This document shows, piece by piece, positions 60,410 to 64,000 of a stretch of DNA of 64,000 nucleotides. This DNA comes from Gemmatimonadales bacterium (GTDB lineage: Bacteria; Gemmatimonadota; Gemmatimonadetes; Gemmatimonadales; Gemmatimonadaceae). Every line of letters starts with the position of its first letter. The stretch's first letter is position 1. The translations under genes were made by a program, and so were the position numbers. The notes below the pieces were generated by a model that was not told the DNA's origin, did no database searches, and saw only the letters and a program-made list of their open reading frames with translations. The DNA is taken from NCBI GenBank assembly GCA_038203945.1, contig JBBRDJ010000004.1, forward strand, positions 77 through 64,076, in the 5' to 3' direction.

Positions 60410-62472
60410 TGAACTTTCTCGTACCGGCGTTTCTGGCAGGGCTGTTTGCACTGGCGATTCCCATCGCGATGCATTTGCGGCATCGCGAAAAAGGGACGCC
60501 GGTGCGATTCCCCTCGCTCATGTTCCTGCAGCAGTTGACCATTCGCACCAGCAAGCGTCAACGTATTACCGACTGGCCGTTGTTGCTTTTGCGCGCGCTG
60601 GCACTGGCGTTGCTGGTTCTGGCATTTGCCCGTCCGTTCGCCGGCAACAGTGACGCGGCCGCAGCCGAAGATGCGCCCAGCACCAAGGTGCTCTTGCTTG
60701 ATCGCAGCATGAGCATGGGCCACGACGAATCGTGGGCGGCCGCGATTGATTCGGCACGACGCATTGTGCGCGAGGCTGGTCCGCAGGATCGACTGGCGCT
60801 GGTGCTCTTTGATGACGAGGCCGAAGTCGCGCAGCCGCTCACCACCGACCGCGCGGCGATCGATGCGATCCTGCAAACGGCCACGCCGAGCACCCGGGGC
60901 ACACGGTATGTGTCGGCGTTGCGTGCGGCGCGCAGTGTCTTGCTCGACGCTCCCAATGTACCCGCCGAAGTGCTGGTGATCACCGACCTGCAACGAGGTG
61001 GTGTAGCCGGACTCGCTGGTCTTGAACTGCCCGCGCGCATTACGGTACGTGCGGTGCCTGTGGTACGGTCCAGTGAAGCCAACGTTTCTGTGACAGGCGT
61101 GGATGTGCGACGGGTGGCCGATGCGGAGCGTACTCGACTGGCTGTTCAGGCCCGTGTGGCCGCGCGCAGCTTGGCAGATGCACGAACGGTTTCGGCGCGC
61201 TTGCAGATTGACGGACGGGCCAGCGGTGAGCAGAGCATTACGCTGCCCACCGATGGCGAACGCGTGGTGTCGTTTGACGGTGTGCCATTGCCGTCCGGTC
61301 GCGTGCGCGGGCTGATCACGGTCGACAATGATAACCTTGCGGCCGACGACACCTTTCACTTTGCACTCGAGGGAGAAGATGCGTTGCCCGTGGTGCTGCT
61401 GGCACCGGATGACGCGCTCGGCGCCGAAACACTGTTTGCTGAACGTGCACTGGCCATTGGTCGCGCGCCCACGGTGACGGTAGATCGTCGTCGTCCCGGC
61501 AGCCTCACCGCCGACGCATTGCAGAACGCCGAGTTGGTGTTCGTGTGGGATACGCCGCTAAGCGAATCGGAGCGTGTTGCGCTCGAAACGTTTGTACGTG
61601 GTGGTGGCGGTGCGATTGTGATCGTCGGTCGTCGTCTGGCTACACGTGGTGCCGTCGTTCCGCTCGCTGCCGCTACGGTCATCGGCTCGGCCGATCGCTT
61701 TGCCGACCGTGGCGGCACATTGGGCGACGTGCAAACCGAACATCCCGTGTTCTCAGCGTTTCGTGAGACACCAGGAGCGCTCACGTCGGCGCGGTTTATT
61801 CGGTATGCGCGCCTTGAAGTACCAACCGGAACCGATGTGCTGGCGCGCTTTGACGACGGTTCACCAGCGGTGCTTGAGCGGCGCGAAGGTGCAGGTCGGT
61901 TGTTGACGGTGGCCACACCGCTCGACACGCGCACCGGCGACTTGCCGCTGCAGCCCGCATTTTTTCCGTTGCTGCGTCGCATGGTGTTGCACACGTCGGG
62001 ACACGCGGCTGCTCCGCTGTGGCAACTCACCGGCGAGGCGTGGGAGTTGCCGAAAGGTTTGCCTGAACCCGTTGTGTCCACGCCGTCGGGTGAGATCGTG
62101 CGACCGGCCGCCAATGATTCGGTGGGCGCCGCTGTGGCACTCACGGAACGTGGTGTGTATTCGGCCTATAGCAGTGTCGTCTCGGGGGACCCGATAACGA
62201 CCGTGGCCGTGAACGTGCCGCCGGTGGAATCGGATCTCACGCCCGTTGATGTGCGCGAACTGCTTGTGGGTGTATCGGTGTCAGCTGATGAGGCAGGCGC
62301 CGATGCCGGCCCTGCCGGTTCGATTGAGTTGGAGAAGCGTCAGGGAATCTGGCGTTGGTTGTTGATGCTTGCAGCCCTGTTGCTGGTGGCGGAAACGCTG
62401 CTGGCAAACCGGGGATGGCGCGGTAAAGCCGCGCGCCTCACCGTTGCTGGATCGGAGCGGAGTACCTCATGA
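60409..62472 (+). CDS. BatA-like protein: N-terminal double-TM aerotolerance-regulator domain + vWA domain + large C-terminal region and terminal TM
   Basis: MNFLVPAFLAGLFALAIPIAMHLRHR..WPLLLLRALALALLVLAFARP (BatA N-domain), and the vWA motif VLLLDRSMSMG. TGATG junction with DUF58. Confidence 0.85.
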   Translation: MNFLVPAFLAGLFALAIPIAMHLRHREKGTPVRFPSLMFLQQLTIRTSKRQRITDWPLLLLRALALALLVLAFARPFAGNSDAAAAEDAPSTKVLLLDRSMSMGHDESWAAAIDSARRIVREAGPQDRLALVLFDDEAEVAQPLTTDRAAIDAILQTATPSTRGTRYVSALRAARSVLLDAPNVPAEVLVITDLQRGGVAGLAGLELPARITVRAVPVVRSSEANVSVTGVDVRRVADAERTRLAVQARVAARSLADARTVSARLQIDGRASGEQSITLPTDGERVVSFDGVPLPSGRVRGLITVDNDNLAADDTFHFALEGEDALPVVLLAPDDALGAETLFAERALAIGRAPTVTVDRRRPGSLTADALQNAELVFVWDTPLSESERVALETFVRGGGGAIVIVGRRLATRGAVVPLAAATVIGSADRFADRGGTLGDVQTEHPVFSAFRETPGALTSARFIRYARLEVPTGTDVLARFDDGSPAVLERREGAGRLLTVATPLDTRTGDLPLQPAFFPLLRRMVLHTSGHAAAPLWQLTGEAWELPKGLPEPVVSTPSGEIVRPAANDSVGAAVALTERGVYSAYSSVVSGDPITTVAVNVPPVESDLTPVDVRELLVGVSVSADEAGADAGPAGSIELEKRQGIWRWLLMLAALLLVAETLLANRGWRGKAARLTVAGSERSTS

Positions 62473-64000
62473 CCCCAGACGTACAACTTCTCGCTGCGCT
62501 ACACGTATTGCGTCGCCAATGGCGCCAACGCCAACTCTTGCAAGGCGTCGCTGCCATTGTGCTGGGTGCGGCGGCGGCGGTGGCAGTAGGATGGCTGCTC
62601 TTTCGTGTGCTCGGTCCGGGTGAGACGACGGTACGCACAGTACGCGTGGCGGCGTGGGCGATCATGCTTGGTACGGTGGCCCGCTTTCTCGTTTATCCGT
62701 TTTTGCGCCGCACCACCAACGAACGCTTTGCGCTGTACGTCGAAGAGCGCGCTCCGGAGCTACGGCAATCACTGATTTCTGCCGTTCATGAGGCAAGCCG
62801 ACCAAGTGAAGAGCGGGCGTCATCGGCGCTCACCGCACGTCTGGCTTCGCAAGTGGTGGCATCGCTTGCGCCCATGCAACGTGAGCGTCGGCTCGAAAAG
62901 CGTCCGTCCATGCGTGCGTTGCAGGCCATGGGCGTGGTTGGAGTAGGCGCAGCACTGCTGCTCGTTTTTGGGCCACAGAGCATCCGCGATATGGCGCGCT
63001 TGCAGTTCGTGCCATGGACCACGGCCGAAGCGGCGTCGGTGGTGCGCTCGGTGAGTGTGGAGCCCGGCAACACCACCGTGCCGCGCGGCGGTGCACTCGA
63101 TGTGCGCGCGGGATTGGTGAACTTCAATGCAGACGGTGCTGAACTCGTGTTCCGCGCCGATTCATCGTCGGAATGGATTCGCTTGCCCATGCAAGCCGAA
63201 GGTGGTGTAGACAGCACGGGCGCCAATCAGGGCGCGTTCATGTCGCGTCTGTTCGATATCACGAGTCCCACCGAGTACTACGTGGAGTCGGACGGCGTGC
63301 GCTCGGAAGTGTACACACTCAAGGTGAATGACCTGCCGGCCGTTACGTCCATCACCCTTGAACTCACCTATCCCGCGTACACCGGATTGCCCCCCGAGCG
63401 CATTCAGAGCAGCGGAGATGTGGCCGCTGTTGTGGGAACGCGCGTACGGGTGATTCCCGAGTTGTCGCGCGCGGTGCGGAGTGGAGCGCTGCGCTTCGAT
63501 GAAGGGGACCCGATAGCGTTTGTGGCCGACAGCGCCGGTGCGTGGAGTGGCGAGTTCCGTATTGCAAAGACCGGGTTCTACCGCGTGGATCTTGTGTCGG
63601 AAGACGGACGCAGCGTTCCCGGTGGCGTGCAGTACGCGGTCGACGCGATCGCCGATCGGGCGCCCATTGTTCGCATTGAATCACCGGGACGCGATACCAA
63701 GGTCTCGTCGCTTGAAGAAGTCACCATCGCAGCCCAGGCAGATGATGATTTTGGTGTGACGTCGCTGGAGTTGCGCTATCGCGTGAACGGCGGCGATGAG
63801 CAGCGCGTGTCGATCATGAAAACGGCGCGTCGTGATGCCGACGAAGTCAGCGCTGCGCACACGCTCTATCTCGAAGAGCAGACGCTCGAGCCGGGTGACC
63901 TGATCGCCTACAATGTGGTGGCCCGCGACGGGGCCGGTAACGAGGGCACGAGCGACGTTTACTTTCTCGAGATTCGTCCGTTCAATCGCAACTACCGTCA
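62469..64000 (+). CDS. Large membrane protein, DUF4175-like (partial, continues beyond the window)
   Basis: It is not in the supplied track because it has no stop. I translated this frame by hand: it is open from the ATG at 62469 (ATGA overlap) to base 64000. It has two N-terminal TM segments, and later ..ADDDFGVTSLELRY.. and ..GNEGTSDVYFLEIRPF... Confidence 0.75.
   Translation, partial: MTPDVQLLAALHVLRRQWRQRQLLQGVAAIVLGAAAAVAVGWLLFRVLGPGETTVRTVRVAAWAIMLGTVARFLVYPFLRRTTNERFALYVEERAPELRQSLISAVHEASRPSEERASSALTARLASQVVASLAPMQRERRLEKRPSMRALQAMGVVGVGAALLLVFGPQSIRDMARLQFVPWTTAEAASVVRSVSVEPGNTTVPRGGALDVRAGLVNFNADGAELVFRADSSSEWIRLPMQAEGGVDSTGANQGAFMSRLFDITSPTEYYVESDGVRSEVYTLKVNDLPAVTSITLELTYPAYTGLPPERIQSSGDVAAVVGTRVRVIPELSRAVRSGALRFDEGDPIAFVADSAGAWSGEFRIAKTGFYRVDLVSEDGRSVPGGVQYAVDAIADRAPIVRIESPGRDTKVSSLEEVTIAAQADDDFGVTSLELRYRVNGGDEQRVSIMKTARRDADEVSAAHTLYLEEQTLEPGDLIAYNVVARDGAGNEGTSDVYFLEIRPFNRNYR

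Overview
High-GC (about 64-65% by eye) bacterial chromosomal segment. The protein repertoire (CarboxypepD_reg/plug proteins, LVIVD and YVTN propellers, Bat-like MoxR/vWA operon) suggests a Gemmatimonadota-like organism; this is inference only. I can support about 50 protein-coding genes. I found no rRNA, tRNA, CRISPR array, transposase or integrase. Many supplied ORFs start at GTG/TTG or carry spurious N-terminal extensions, so I trimmed starts where a better start was visible. Gene order: (1) DedA; (2) TetR-OMF-MFP-RND efflux operon; (3) PIG3-type quinone oxidoreductase and prfC; (4) S9 peptidase-CNNM/CorC-XdhC-MocA string; (5) flavoprotein disulfide reductase-TVP38-ECF sigma-ZAS anti-sigma string; (6) TonB-dependent receptor plus ynjBCD-like ABC importer plus ynjF-like CDP-alcohol phosphatidyltransferase; (7) TetR-acyl desaturase pair and a Lon N-domain protein; (8) NPP phosphodiesterase, HEAT-cyclophilin fusion and Gfo/Idh/MocA oxidoreductase, bracketed by two arrays of structured repeats; (9) ggt coupled to a Big_2/LVIVD propeller, with a divergent YVTN propeller; (10) a more AT-rich ParDE toxin-antitoxin islet and a double zinc-ribbon membrane protein; (11) a membrane-fused ECF sigma cluster; (12) icd and oxyR; (13) a >12 kb, 8-gene translationally coupled MoxR/DUF58/vWA/DUF4159/DUF4175 (Bat-like) operon with added caspase-fold and TPR-gluzincin genes. 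Best candidates for under-described biology: the expanded Bat-like operon next to oxyR; the ECF sigma with three fused C-terminal TM helices; two related families of about 130-nt hairpin repeats in triplicate arrays at convergent gene ends; conserved ynjBCD-ynjF linkage behind a TonB receptor; and an unusual density of short tandem repeats (8, 9, 12, 21, 33 bp), in-frame whenever they fall inside genes. All functional calls rest on motif and architecture recognition by eye. No database search was run.
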